A DNA stretch of 64,000 bases from a virus, in IMG/VR virus record IMGVR_UViG_3300042922_000850, positions 32,001-96,000 of that record; one strand, given 5' to 3'. The notes beneath the pieces were generated by a model, which made no database searches, was not told the DNA's origin, and saw only the letters and a list, made by a program, of their open reading frames with translations. Of the stretch, positions 27,769-37,452 are shown piece after piece (position 1 is the stretch's first letter; every line of letters begins with the position of its first letter). The translations under genes were made by a program, and so were the position numbers.

Positions 27769-28497
27769 ATGAGAAAAATAGTAATATTATTTTTGGTAAG
27801 TTTAGTTTTGACGGCTCCAGTTAAGGTAAAAGCTTTTGAGGAACCGGTTGCCGGCATAACTAAATCGCTAGAGAATTATCACTATGAGAAAAAAGAAAAC
27901 GTATTTTATGAACAGTCCATTGCCGGAATATCCCCGGCAATGGAAAACTATTATAACAATTACGAGGAACCGGCTGCTTATGAAGAATCTATTGCCGGAA
28001 TATCAGTATCTCTTGACGCCTATGAAAAAGATAGGCGTCACAGAAAATACGATATTCCTCTTTCTTCAGAATTACAGAGATACGTATACGATGTATGTAA
28101 AGAATATGATAATGTAAGACCTAAATTGGTATTTTCTGTACTGGATAAGGAAAGTGATTTTGATTTTGATGCGGTCGGATATAACGATAACGGAACAAAA
28201 GATGTGGGCGGTATGCAGATCAACTCATCCAATCATAAGTGGTTAACAAAAAAACTTGGTGTTACAGATTTTTTTGACCCTAAACAGAATATACTAAGTG
28301 GCGTATATATGCTATCGTTGTTTGGCGGGATGAAAGATTTACACCAAACATTAGTGTCTTATAACGCTGGTCCAGATAACTGGAAAGAATATGTATCAGA
28401 AGGGATCTATTCTACAAAATATAGTCGAGACGTTCTGAGAATAATGGATGAGATAGAAAATAAGAAAATAAATGAAAGAGGGATTATGCCATGGTAA
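27769..28497 (+). CDS. secreted lytic transglycosylase (SLT domain)
   Basis: signal peptide; KES catalytic motif, GGMQIN, SYNAG; three EExIAGI repeats. Confidence 0.85.
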   Translation: MRKIVILFLVSLVLTAPVKVKAFEEPVAGITKSLENYHYEKKENVFYEQSIAGISPAMENYYNNYEEPAAYEESIAGISVSLDAYEKDRRHRKYDIPLSSELQRYVYDVCKEYDNVRPKLVFSVLDKESDFDFDAVGYNDNGTKDVGGMQINSSNHKWLTKKLGVTDFFDPKQNILSGVYMLSLFGGMKDLHQTLVSYNAGPDNWKEYVSEGIYSTKYSRDVLRIMDEIENKKINERGIMPW

Positions 28498-28916
28498 GAG
28501 AGATTGTAAAGGACAAGGAGATTTTAAAACAGCCTTGCGAGAAAGTAGAAAAAGGAGAAGATGTTCTCTACATAATTCAAGATCTGATTGATACCGCAGA
28601 AATCTATAAAGATAAGTGTATCGGTCTTGCGGCTAATCAAATCGGCTATAATAAAAGAATCGTTTTAATTAAGAACGGGGCATCATGGGTTCACTTCATT
28701 AATCCGGTAATTTGCGAGAACCGAAAACACGGAAAATGTATCTCCGAAGAAGGATGTTTATCACTGGATGGTGTAAGAACTGTTCCTCGGTGGAACCGGG
28801 TTACACTAAGATATAGGGATGACAAAGGCGATATTAAGGTGTTAAAAGATTTACGTCGTCCTTACTCCATTGTTCTTCAGCACGAAGTGGACCATCTGAA
28901 TGGAATTCTAATCTAA
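28491..28916 (+). CDS. def: peptide deformylase
   Basis: GLAANQIG, EGCLS, QHEVDHLNG. Confidence 0.92.
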   Translation: MVREIVKDKEILKQPCEKVEKGEDVLYIIQDLIDTAEIYKDKCIGLAANQIGYNKRIVLIKNGASWVHFINPVICENRKHGKCISEEGCLSLDGVRTVPRWNRVTLRYRDDKGDIKVLKDLRRPYSIVLQHEVDHLNGILI

Positions 28917-28935
28917 GCAAAGGTGGGTAAATGAT

Positions 28936-29121
28936 ATGGGTATCCAAGAACTTAAACAGTTAGAAGCAGGTAATATTGTTAGAAGCAACCAAACAAATGA
29001 GGAATACCAAATACTTATGAAGTTTCAATATTCCGTTAACTGTTATCTTGGATCCGGAAAGTCAGGGCACAAGAGAATTGGCGAGACGAACATGAATGAA
29101 TTTGACTTAGTAAAAAGATAG
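28936..29121 (+). CDS. hypothetical protein
   Basis: 61 aa ORF in operon. Confidence 0.5.
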   Translation: MGIQELKQLEAGNIVRSNQTNEEYQILMKFQYSVNCYLGSGKSGHKRIGETNMNEFDLVKR

Positions 29122-29145
29122 CTGCGATATCGCAGCTATCTTTTT
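29112..29145. terminator. 34-bp perfect palindrome terminator
   Basis: AAAAAGATAGCTGCGAT|ATCGCAGCTATCTTTTT. Confidence 0.8.
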
Positions 29146-29167
29146 CGTGAAGAAAGGAAGGGATAAA

Positions 29168-29641
29168 ATGCGAATTAATCAATATACTGTTTTGCTAGAC
29201 GAAAATAAACTACCATTTTTGGTAAAAGAAAGGGGGTTAAATTACACTGATGAGGTTAAAGGTGTAGGTTCTCTCGTTCGCTTGTGCAACACTATTTTTA
29301 ATGCTAGTAAGCAAGCAGAAGAACATGTGTACCTTGTTTGTTGTACAACGAGCGGAAAAGTATGTGGGTTGTTTGATGTCTCTCATGGCACGGTTAATAA
29401 TTGCCTTATGGGGCCAAGAGAAATCCTCCAAAGAGCCTTGTTATGCGGGGCGGCAAAGATATCTATCGCACACAATCATCCAGGGGGAAGTATAAAACCA
29501 AGCGCAGAAGATATTCGTGCTACAAGACGAATTAAAGAGGCTGCAGAAATGATAGGCCTTCAGTTAGACGACCATATCATTATCGGTGATAATGATACAT
29601 ACTATAGTTTTGCACAAGAAAATTCGTTGAAGGAGAAATGA
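29168..29641 (+). CDS. radC: RadC-like JAB domain protein
   Basis: PREILQRALL, HNHPGG...PSAED, LDDHIIIG. Confidence 0.88.
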   Translation: MRINQYTVLLDENKLPFLVKERGLNYTDEVKGVGSLVRLCNTIFNASKQAEEHVYLVCCTTSGKVCGLFDVSHGTVNNCLMGPREILQRALLCGAAKISIAHNHPGGSIKPSAEDIRATRRIKEAAEMIGLQLDDHIIIGDNDTYYSFAQENSLKEK

Positions 29642-29642
29642 A

Positions 29643-29816
29643 ATGACGCGCTATTTTGATTTAATAGGAAAACGTGTGGTAGCAGATATTACAATTGACG
29701 ATGGAACGCCCGCTTGTACAGCGACCGCAGATAAATTCGAAAAATTGTTCCACTGCAGTATTAGAGAAGTAGATAAGGTAGAACGTGATAAATTGGTCAA
29801 GGAATACAGTGATTAG
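29643..29816 (+). CDS. small hypothetical protein (57 aa)
   Basis: manual ORF MTRYFDLIG..., AAGGAG RBS. Confidence 0.5.
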   Translation: MTRYFDLIGKRVVADITIDDGTPACTATADKFEKLFHCSIREVDKVERDKLVKEYSD

Positions 29817-29998
29817 GAGATAAGATATGAGATATAAAATTATGCTGTTCTTAGATAAATTATTGCAAATTTCTCACCACCGTTGCGTGTGGTGTGGTAG
29901 AATATTAACGGACATCGAAATTACCTATTACGAAAACAGTTGTAACAAGTGTGAAGAAAAAATAATGAAGAAGCTGAGATAAGCGGAGGTGCTTAAAA

Positions 29999-30556
29999 AT
30001 GAATTTGTACAATGCTACACATATCGTTCTGAAAAAAGAAGATGTTGACAAATATTTAACTCTGGGAGAAGTGGAAATACTTGCTAGACTCTGTGAAAAG
30101 ATTGTTAGCCGCAGGGGAAAAGAGGACAAGCCACACAATGAATATATTGTGTGCGATACGGATGAAACCTATGCCGAAGAAATCTTGAACACAATTCAAT
30201 GGCACGAAGAAAAGAAAGAAATGCGTACATACGGAGACATTATCCAATCATTAAAAGCTGGCGAGAAACCAGCTTATGAAGAAATTAGGCTGGCAGCTCT
30301 CATGGGCTCCAATTTACTTTTCTTCGCAAATAATGATATTAAGCGTCTCGCAGGTGAGCCGTCAAAAATTTTTACAAAAGAATGGTATCTGAGTGAGAGT
30401 TACACCAGATATCACAAAGCATTAAACACAACACCTTTTAAATGGCTTGGCAATGACCACCCAGATAACCCGCAATATAGAGAAAGATTTAATCTCAGTA
30501 ATAAGATATTAGATAAGGTACTTAATGGCATGGAATCTAAGGATAGTACAAACTAA
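29999..30556 (+). CDS. hypothetical protein
   Basis: 185 aa; GGAGGT RBS. Confidence 0.65.
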   Translation: MNLYNATHIVLKKEDVDKYLTLGEVEILARLCEKIVSRRGKEDKPHNEYIVCDTDETYAEEILNTIQWHEEKKEMRTYGDIIQSLKAGEKPAYEEIRLAALMGSNLLFFANNDIKRLAGEPSKIFTKEWYLSESYTRYHKALNTTPFKWLGNDHPDNPQYRERFNLSNKILDKVLNGMESKDSTN

Positions 30557-30588
30557 CATTACCATATATTCTCAGATAAAACGGTATG

Positions 30589-30631
30589 GTATAAGAAATA
30601 AAAGGAAATTGACTTTCCTTTTATTTCTTAT
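30589..30631 (+). promoter_or_regulatory. conserved motif plus 18-bp inverted repeat leader
   Basis: ATAAGAAATAAAAGGAAA-TTGAC-TTTCCTTTTATTTCTTAT. Confidence 0.75.
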
Positions 30632-30645
30632 TAAGGAGGTAATTT

Positions 30646-30939
30646 ATGTGCAATTGTGTCAAGGAAGCAGAAGATAAGTACAAAGAATTTTATTTAAAGC
30701 AACATCCTGAAAGTGCCCCTGAAAGCGTTAATGTATATTGCGACTGCATAGCGTTAATTTTCGGGAAGAACGGGGGTACGAGATTTTCAATACCGTTCTC
30801 AGTTACAGATACCACGAAGTCAGCAAGAAGGCCAAAAGTGAAAAAGATTAATGTTCTTCCCCAATATTGTCCGTTCTGCGGCGAAAAAAGAGAGGAGAGT
30901 GATCTCAATGAAGAAGGACACACAAGCGTTCTGCAATAA
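30646..30939 (+). CDS. hypothetical protein (MCxC...YCPFCG)
   Basis: 97 aa; AAGGAGGT RBS. Confidence 0.65.
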   Translation: MCNCVKEAEDKYKEFYLKQHPESAPESVNVYCDCIALIFGKNGGTRFSIPFSVTDTTKSARRPKVKKINVLPQYCPFCGEKREESDLNEEGHTSVLQ

Positions 30940-31243
30940 ATTTAATTGCGAAGATAACATTAAAGGAAAGTGCTCTTCGCAAAAAATAACCGGGAAAGAT
31001 GGCCGGTGCCTTTTTTACAACAGGAAGACCGTCGTTAAAGGGGGTAGCTAGTTTGCTTAAAGAAATGGAAGATAAACGTAAAGAGGCTATTCACAAACTA
31101 GCTACTTGTTCACTGTGTATCGTGTGTAGTAAGGGGTTTTCAGAAAAGGATTTGGAGGATGAGAACTTCCACCATATAGTGACTAAGCGTAGTACAGATT
31201 TATTTGCACATAAGCATTGTTTGGTGGATGGGCAATCAAATAA

Positions 31244-31618
31244 ATGAATTACAGGGAGGATATTATTATGAATGCCGTTGAAGTAATCTTCGACTTATTG
31301 GATGAGGAGCAGAAACCTTCTGTTTTCGTATTTGTAGTGACAAAGGAGACGAAAACAGACTATCTGGCAAAAAGAAAGTCAGAGGACAGGCCGAGCAGAA
31401 GGTTTTGTAAAGAGGGTCTTGATAAAATCATACGTCAAAAGCCATTATATTATGTTTATCGGTATCTGACAGAAGAAACCCCGGAGCAAATTAATACATC
31501 TGAAAAAATGAAAGATGTCGGCAAATTAATGATGAGCGAGATTGGCTACGACATTCAATCTTACAACCATCAATTAACAAAGCTATCGAATCACTTTGTT
31601 AATTTCATCACGCATTAA
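31244..31618 (+). CDS. hypothetical protein
   Basis: ORF in operon; start may be the second Met. Confidence 0.55.
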   Translation: MNYREDIIMNAVEVIFDLLDEEQKPSVFVFVVTKETKTDYLAKRKSEDRPSRRFCKEGLDKIIRQKPLYYVYRYLTEETPEQINTSEKMKDVGKLMMSEIGYDIQSYNHQLTKLSNHFVNFITH

Positions 31619-31629
31619 CGGGAGGGCTT

Positions 31630-31863
31630 ATGTGGAAAATAAGATTTATCTATGGTGACGGCGGTAAAATAACACTAACCAACAAGAGATCTGCCTTATC
31701 AGAAGAATTGTATGATAAGTATATGCTACTCTATGGCAGATTATCTGATAAGGCTTTATATCAGCAATATCCAAAAAAGAATTATAATGAAGTGGATTTA
31801 AAACAAAATCCGGACTTATCTTTTTTGGATAAAATGAAGCGCATAGAGAAAACTGGAAAATAG
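31630..31863 (+). CDS. hypothetical protein
   Basis: 77 aa; GGAGG RBS. Confidence 0.6.
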   Translation: MWKIRFIYGDGGKITLTNKRSALSEELYDKYMLLYGRLSDKALYQQYPKKNYNEVDLKQNPDLSFLDKMKRIEKTGK

Positions 31864-31884
31864 GAAAAGGAGTGTGGATTAACG

Positions 31885-32409
31885 ATGGTAGGATATTTTA
31901 CTGTAAGAAGCGGTCCTCTTTACGATAGATACTTGGCGCGTAAAGAGATGGCCGACAAAATAGACGAGGCTTTTAATGAGGTCCGTAGAGAGTTCGGGAT
32001 TAAAACCTCTGAATATGTTCAAGACAACGACCGTCTTGCTATTGTTCCAAGGAAAGAAGACGAAGAGATATTCAGAGATAAATTAAAGGCTTATAAGGGT
32101 AAATTAAAGGTATTTAAGGTAAAGAGTGATGTGCATATCAGGTGGATAAATCTGTGCAAAGAACGCAATTTAAGCGTTCCCATCCGTATGAGACTAATTG
32201 ATTATTTTCCTGTTAACAGAAGTGCGAAAAGCTCTATTGGTCCCATTGATGGAGTTCTGTTTTGTTATTATGAAACGGATGGTAACTTCTTTGCGGCGAA
32301 TAATTATAAACTTCCTGATGGATTTGAGGAAATTAAAGCGAGCGAGTATTGGAAAGCTATCGAGGATTATTATGAAAGATCAAACGAACCAATGCCTAAA
32401 GGAGTGTAG
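31885..32409 (+). CDS. hypothetical protein
   Basis: 174 aa; AAGGAG RBS. Confidence 0.65.
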   Translation: MVGYFTVRSGPLYDRYLARKEMADKIDEAFNEVRREFGIKTSEYVQDNDRLAIVPRKEDEEIFRDKLKAYKGKLKVFKVKSDVHIRWINLCKERNLSVPIRMRLIDYFPVNRSAKSSIGPIDGVLFCYYETDGNFFAANNYKLPDGFEEIKASEYWKAIEDYYERSNEPMPKGV

Positions 32410-32412
32410 ACC

Positions 32413-33090
32413 ATGACTGGACGAGAATTAATTAAGTATCTATTGGATGGGTTTCCGTTAGACCAAGAAACAGGAATAGATGGATTCTATTCGTTACCAA
32501 ATCAAGATCGTATATACCCAATGGCAAAGATAACTGGTAACACATCAGATGGTTATCATACATTTGATGAACTTTACGCACACCGTACGGTTTTGTTTGC
32601 TGTAATCTGCAATCAAAACCACGGCATCTCTTGGAGATCAAAACTTCACAATGACGGCACTATGTTTGAAGGTATGTTTATCGCCGGAATGGACTTGCCA
32701 TATTATGGTCAGGTGACATACCATTGCGAAGATAAGTATTGGGATTTATTTAATGGTAGTCAGATATTACTGCATGCTCCTGCATGGGATGGCCATCAGC
32801 CTAATGATGTAATTGAAAGAATGACCTCGTATAGAAATATAGAGGTCATGCGCAATAACCAAGAACTCGTTAACCATGTAGGTTTGGTAGCTGTTACGGA
32901 AATGGCTGCATTTTATTTTAATCAAGCTATTCAACAGCAGTACAAAGACCTTAATTTAAATGCCGATCTCCAGAAACAATATTTTGGAACGAAATTGCTG
33001 ACATTCTTCCCGGAAGATTTTAAACGTATTGATGAAAGATTCAGAATGTCCAGGGAATGGGTTAATGAAATACAAAAATACTTAAACTAA
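32413..33090 (+). CDS. phage protein with SDGYHTFDELY...WDGH domain
   Basis: recognisable conserved phage motif pair. Confidence 0.65.
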   Translation: MTGRELIKYLLDGFPLDQETGIDGFYSLPNQDRIYPMAKITGNTSDGYHTFDELYAHRTVLFAVICNQNHGISWRSKLHNDGTMFEGMFIAGMDLPYYGQVTYHCEDKYWDLFNGSQILLHAPAWDGHQPNDVIERMTSYRNIEVMRNNQELVNHVGLVAVTEMAAFYFNQAIQQQYKDLNLNADLQKQYFGTKLLTFFPEDFKRIDERFRMSREWVNEIQKYLN

Positions 33091-33104
33091 GTGGGGGGAC
33101 TATT

Positions 33105-33794
33105 ATGGATAACGACAAACAAAAAATTATTATTCACACAAAAGGTAAGAGATTTTCATTAGATCTAGAGCCTACAGAAGCAGATGACATGTTCTTTGCG
33201 CTTTTAAAAACAGTGGTGACAGCAAGTTCTGATGTGAACTCATCACCGATGTTAAAAGAACTATTCGAGCAGCACCGTAACTCTTCGATAGTTTCAACTA
33301 AGGCGATAGAAGAAGGAAGCGCCTCTGTAGAAGACTCCGAGGATGTTCCTTCTAATATAACAGAAGCTTGCGATGAAACCCAGAGTAGATTAGCTTTTGT
33401 TGACATCCCATATGAAATCAAAGACGAGATAAGAAACAGAGATACCGAAACGCAGACAGTTGCAGACAAGGTGATGGAACAAGCTCGTAATGCCGGAAAC
33501 CGAGGATACCGTGGATTTGTAATGATCCGATGTAAACATTGCGGAGCGGTAAAGGCCACTGCACTGAAAGATTATCTGACGACATTCAAATGTCGCGAAT
33601 GTGGGACCGAAACTGAGTTAGAAAATTTGAAAACGATGTACGTGAACTGTGAATGTGGCGGCAGATATAGATACCAAACAAATTTTACAGCCGATGACAC
33701 ACTGTTTGACGTAGATTGTCTCGGCTGTAATTCACCGGTTACTGTAAGATATAATAGTAACTCTGAAACATTTCAGTCATTAAATCGATATTAA
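33105..33794 (+). CDS. multi-CxxC zinc-ribbon protein
   Basis: CKHC, CREC, CECG, CLGC. Confidence 0.65.
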   Translation: MDNDKQKIIIHTKGKRFSLDLEPTEADDMFFALLKTVVTASSDVNSSPMLKELFEQHRNSSIVSTKAIEEGSASVEDSEDVPSNITEACDETQSRLAFVDIPYEIKDEIRNRDTETQTVADKVMEQARNAGNRGYRGFVMIRCKHCGAVKATALKDYLTTFKCRECGTETELENLKTMYVNCECGGRYRYQTNFTADDTLFDVDCLGCNSPVTVRYNSNSETFQSLNRY

Positions 33795-33816
33795 TAATCA
33801 AACGGAGGAATTAATT

Positions 33817-34149
33817 ATGAATGAATGTGATTTTGATATTCTTCTCCTTGAATTAATTAACAAGGGGATACTACAACTAGTAAAGAATATGGACGATTGT
33901 ACAATTTCTGATGTGCATCATAAAGACCTTGGACATTTTGTAATAAGAACGTCTGAGGAGGAAGTCTATTATCTATCTGTTAAAAAGTCGGCAGGAGCGA
34001 TAAGCAATAGACTTGTTATTAATACCAGAAATGTCATCGTTCCATCGGTGGCAGCCGATACCGGCTATAACGACGCAGCCACGACGACAGCTACCATAAC
34101 CACCACGGCCACGACTAAGAACAAAGCTTGTCAGCCACCAGTATTTTAA
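33817..34149 (+). CDS. hypothetical protein
   Basis: 110 aa; GGAGG RBS. Confidence 0.55.
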   Translation: MNECDFDILLLELINKGILQLVKNMDDCTISDVHHKDLGHFVIRTSEEEVYYLSVKKSAGAISNRLVINTRNVIVPSVAADTGYNDAATTTATITTTATTKNKACQPPVF

Positions 34150-34195
34150 AAATAAGAAGATTAACTGGGTTATAACCCAGTTAATCTTCTTATTT
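34150..34195. terminator. 46-bp perfect palindrome terminator
   Basis: AAATAAGAAGATTAACTGGGTTA|TAACCCAGTTAATCTTCTTATTT. Confidence 0.8.
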
Positions 34196-34205
34196 AAATT
34201 TTCTC

Positions 34206-34248
34206 GTATAAGTAAGAAAAGAGGGAATAATATTATTCCCTCTTTTCT
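34206..34248 (+). promoter_or_regulatory. conserved motif plus 34-bp perfect palindrome leader
   Basis: GTATAAGTAAGAAAA overlapping AGAAAAGAGGGAATAAT|ATTATTCCCTCTTTTCT. Confidence 0.75.
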
Positions 34249-34270
34249 AAATAATCATGGGAGGAATGTT

Positions 34271-34429
34271 ATGTATGTAGAAATGGAACGTAAAAGAAAG
34301 AGGCGCAAAAAAATACTGCGAATTACATTTAATATTATCGGTGTAACTGTCGTGTGTTTGTTTGTCGCTGTCGTCGTTGTTGGCGCAATTTATGTAGCGG
34401 ATATATTTACAAACCAAGGAGGATATTAG
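34271..34429 (+). CDS. small membrane protein (52 aa)
   Basis: manual ORF; basic stretch plus one TM helix; GGAGG RBS. Confidence 0.55.
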   Translation: MYVEMERKRKRRKKILRITFNIIGVTVVCLFVAVVVVGAIYVADIFTNQGGY

Positions 34430-34430
34430 G

Positions 34431-34748
34431 ATGGAAGGGCCGGAAGTTGCTCAAGTTTTTCGTAAAATCGCGAGTGCGCTAGAGAAAGGTGAAATGGTAT
34501 ACAAAATCAATATTACCAGTGATTTTGTATGGCCGGAGAATTGTGTTATCGTTGTGAACAAATCAGAAGATGTTCCTGGAATTGATATAACCTTTAAACA
34601 GATTGAACTATCAACAGAAAAGTATCTGGCAATGAAGCTTATCAGCGATAAAGTGATGCCACTTAATGGCGACACCAAAGTCTGTATTTCAGTCGAATCT
34701 GATGTGTTGCCAGTTGTGTCGGAATTATCAGAATTATTCAAAAATTAG
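34431..34748 (+). CDS. hypothetical protein
   Basis: 105 aa; AAGGAGG RBS. Confidence 0.6.
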   Translation: MEGPEVAQVFRKIASALEKGEMVYKINITSDFVWPENCVIVVNKSEDVPGIDITFKQIELSTEKYLAMKLISDKVMPLNGDTKVCISVESDVLPVVSELSELFKN

Positions 34749-34762
34749 GGAGGGTTATTAAA

Positions 34763-35776
34763 ATGAAATGTATTAAACCAAGCTTTGAGATTTCAATTCA
34801 ACCGGAGGATCCAAAGGGAGTTCTGCAACACATTGAGAAAGTTGCAAGGGTGTGTTATAAGTCCGAGGGGAATATTACAGAAGATGGCGAGAGCGCAAAG
34901 AAACTTTGCACCAATTTAATTAGTAGGGGCCACGAAGCTATGATCGAACACTCTTCTTACATACTTCGCATGAGTGACACATTTTATAAAATCTGCACAA
35001 ATTATATTACAAACTTCGAAGAACATGGCTATAATTTGTTTCTTCGACGTACGTCAGATGGCAATTCACGCCATATTGTTTCCGGAAACGTAAGAGCGTG
35101 GAGAGATTTTATGAGAGCCGCTATCAATATAACTGGTTCTATACCTCCGTGGCTTAGTGTGTTCTTTACTAATGATGTGGACAAAGTGAATTTGTTCGGA
35201 GATTTACCTTTTGTTCATAGTGGACCACAAGATGACGCATGTTGTGAAAAAGAGGTATATATCATTGGCAAAAACGATCTAGAGACCTTGGTAGAAAAAA
35301 GAGTTCATTATGATATCTCTGTAAAATTTATCGTCGACCGCGGCGTATCTCATGAATTAGTTCGCCACAGAGTTGCTAGTTTCGGACAAGAAAGTACAAG
35401 ATACTGCAACTACAGTAACGATAAATTCGGTAGTAGTATTACCGTAATTGATCTTTTCGGCGGCATTAAATTAGATGCCGCGATGGGGAAATTAACATTG
35501 AGCCAGGTTGCCAGTATTTTGGCTGAATGGGAAGCTGCAATGGAAGATGCGGAGAAACATTATCTCAAAATGATGGAACTCGGTGCAACCGCACAAATTT
35601 CTCGTTCCGTTCTTCCGAACTCAACAAAAACCGAAATTACATTTACATCTAATATAGGTGAGTGGCAACAATTCTTCTCTCTGAGATTACCTGCTACGGC
35701 ACATCCTCAAATGAGAGAGGTAACGAGTGGTTTACATAAGAATTTTGTGGAATTATTTCCAGATTCATTTCAATAA
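34763..35776 (+). CDS. thyX: FAD-dependent thymidylate synthase
   Basis: ARVCYKS, GHEAMIEH, RGVSHELVRHRVASFGQESTRY, RSVLPNS, AHPQMRE. Confidence 0.93.
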   Translation: MKCIKPSFEISIQPEDPKGVLQHIEKVARVCYKSEGNITEDGESAKKLCTNLISRGHEAMIEHSSYILRMSDTFYKICTNYITNFEEHGYNLFLRRTSDGNSRHIVSGNVRAWRDFMRAAINITGSIPPWLSVFFTNDVDKVNLFGDLPFVHSGPQDDACCEKEVYIIGKNDLETLVEKRVHYDISVKFIVDRGVSHELVRHRVASFGQESTRYCNYSNDKFGSSITVIDLFGGIKLDAAMGKLTLSQVASILAEWEAAMEDAEKHYLKMMELGATAQISRSVLPNSTKTEITFTSNIGEWQQFFSLRLPATAHPQMREVTSGLHKNFVELFPDSFQ

Positions 35777-35849
35777 CACTGCGCAATTATATTTCCAAGA
35801 ATGGCTGTGAGTTCGTTTCACAGCCATTCTATTTTAAAGGAGAATTGAC

Positions 35850-36047
35850 ATGAGGAAAGTAATAAAAGTAATCTTTGGTATTATCATCCTAAGTGTGTTT
35901 GGTTTGTTCTGCATTAATAATATTGCCAATACAGCAGACAAAAACTTACAGGCGGTTGCTCTCGGGCTTGCAATTGGGTTTGTGATTTTCATATATGCTT
36001 GGGTGTGCGAAATAATTGATATGATAAGTAAGTGTAGAAAGGGATAA
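35850..36047 (+). CDS. small two-TM membrane protein
   Basis: 65 aa hydrophobic. Confidence 0.6.
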   Translation: MRKVIKVIFGIIILSVFGLFCINNIANTADKNLQAVALGLAIGFVIFIYAWVCEIIDMISKCRKG

Positions 36048-36053
36048 GCTGCC

Positions 36054-36488
36054 ATGAATAAAAAGGAATACATCTTTTTGGTAAAAGATGTTGAGGCCGA
36101 GTACCAAAATCATGTTATACTCACAACTGATGTGGAGAAAGCTATGTTGAATTTCTGCCAAGAGATGCCGAATTATAGTTATGGCAGACAGCTCGAAGTG
36201 TGGTGCGACAACGAATGCATAATTCACCAATTAAAATATGTAGCGTCTCAAATTGGCAGGATATCAGAACTTCTAAGGACCACTTTGGAAGAAGATAGTC
36301 CTGAATTACTGGATATCATGTTAGGCTATCTTCTAAAGGAAAAGGCGCGTTACGAAGATAGCCAGCGATTAGCAAAAGAGGCGGAGGAACAGCGACAGCG
36401 AGAAATCGATTTAAGGCAGCTTGAGGCTCTAAAAGAAAAGTATCCTGATCAATTTCTTAGGCAAATAAGTAAACGGTTTAATTTCTAG
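36054..36488 (+). CDS. hypothetical protein
   Basis: 144 aa. Confidence 0.6.
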   Translation: MNKKEYIFLVKDVEAEYQNHVILTTDVEKAMLNFCQEMPNYSYGRQLEVWCDNECIIHQLKYVASQIGRISELLRTTLEEDSPELLDIMLGYLLKEKARYEDSQRLAKEAEEQRQREIDLRQLEALKEKYPDQFLRQISKRFNF

Positions 36489-36513
36489 GCTTCTACGCTG
36501 AAAAGGAGAGACA

Positions 36514-36855
36514 ATGGAAACAAGGCAAATAACAGAAGTAAGATTATGTATTTTGAAATTAAATATGATGAGAAACGAACATGTAGAAAATGTGGATATA
36601 GCTGCTATATCCACATCGCTCACAGCTCTGCAAAATTGGTATGAAAGTTTATTGGTACCAGTATATAAAGAGCCGGACGAAGGTATTTGCGGCCCGAGAA
36701 CACTTTGCAAAAGCTTTCGAAAAGGTAGTCCATTGGAATATTACAACCCGATAAGTTGGGGACACGGAGGAATATCATCACAATGGGTCCCTATAGATTC
36801 ATTAAGTGAGATACGGTCGCAATTTTATTTTGTTGAAGAAGGAGGGTTTAATTAA
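36514..36855 (+). CDS. hypothetical protein
   Basis: 113 aa; AAGGAG RBS. Confidence 0.6.
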   Translation: METRQITEVRLCILKLNMMRNEHVENVDIAAISTSLTALQNWYESLLVPVYKEPDEGICGPRTLCKSFRKGSPLEYYNPISWGHGGISSQWVPIDSLSEIRSQFYFVEEGGFN

Positions 36856-37106
36856 TGTTTGGGAGAAAGTTCTACTGGTATTATGTATTGACCGATGGCG
36901 ATGGAATTAGATGCGGTGTTGCAATTACAAAGAGCAACGCATTTCCACTTAGTGGCGTAGTTGAGTTATACAAAAACAACTTTGGGCGCACCCATAATGT
37001 CACCTTTTTTGCAAGAATTAGCAAAAAAGAAAGTGAGCAGATTAAAGATGAAAAGGAGACGGAATTCCTTTATGACGGGGCCAATGTTTCTGCGAAAGAA
37101 GGATGA
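36855..37106 (+). CDS. hypothetical protein
   Basis: 83 aa; coupled. Confidence 0.55.
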   Translation: MFGRKFYWYYVLTDGDGIRCGVAITKSNAFPLSGVVELYKNNFGRTHNVTFFARISKKESEQIKDEKETEFLYDGANVSAKEG

Positions 37107-37110
37107 AACT

Positions 37111-37452
37111 ATGAGTGTGATTGAAAAAGTGAAAGAGACTATTCAAGATATTGTAGAAAACACTGTTGCGTCAAAAGAAATGCAAGGATTTACGGCCACA
37201 GAGTTAATAGAACTACAAAATAAGTTAAGAAAGGTAGTATACCGGTCTCTCGGAAATGTACTTAGTCAGAGAGATGATATTTTTGCCATCCGTTTTGCCG
37301 TTGATATCGACGATACTATGTTGTCGGAATACAGACAACATAGTATCTTAATGACGAACCAGAGATTAGAGTTGCAGCAATTTGATCCCGTAGCAGAGGA
37401 TTGGATAAAATTAAGGGATATAAAAGGAGAAGATGATTATGAGCCAAGATAA
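37111..37452 (+). CDS. hypothetical protein (MSVIEK...)
   Basis: start chosen to avoid overlap. Confidence 0.55.
   Translation: MSVIEKVKETIQDIVENTVASKEMQGFTATELIELQNKLRKVVYRSLGNVLSQRDDIFAIRFAVDIDDTMLSEYRQHSILMTNQRLELQQFDPVAEDWIKLRDIKGEDDYEPR

Noticed and set aside
29146-29162. GTGAAGAAAGGAAG as a further promoter copy before radC
   Set aside because: Lacks the TATAAG core; at best a decayed copy, so not counted.
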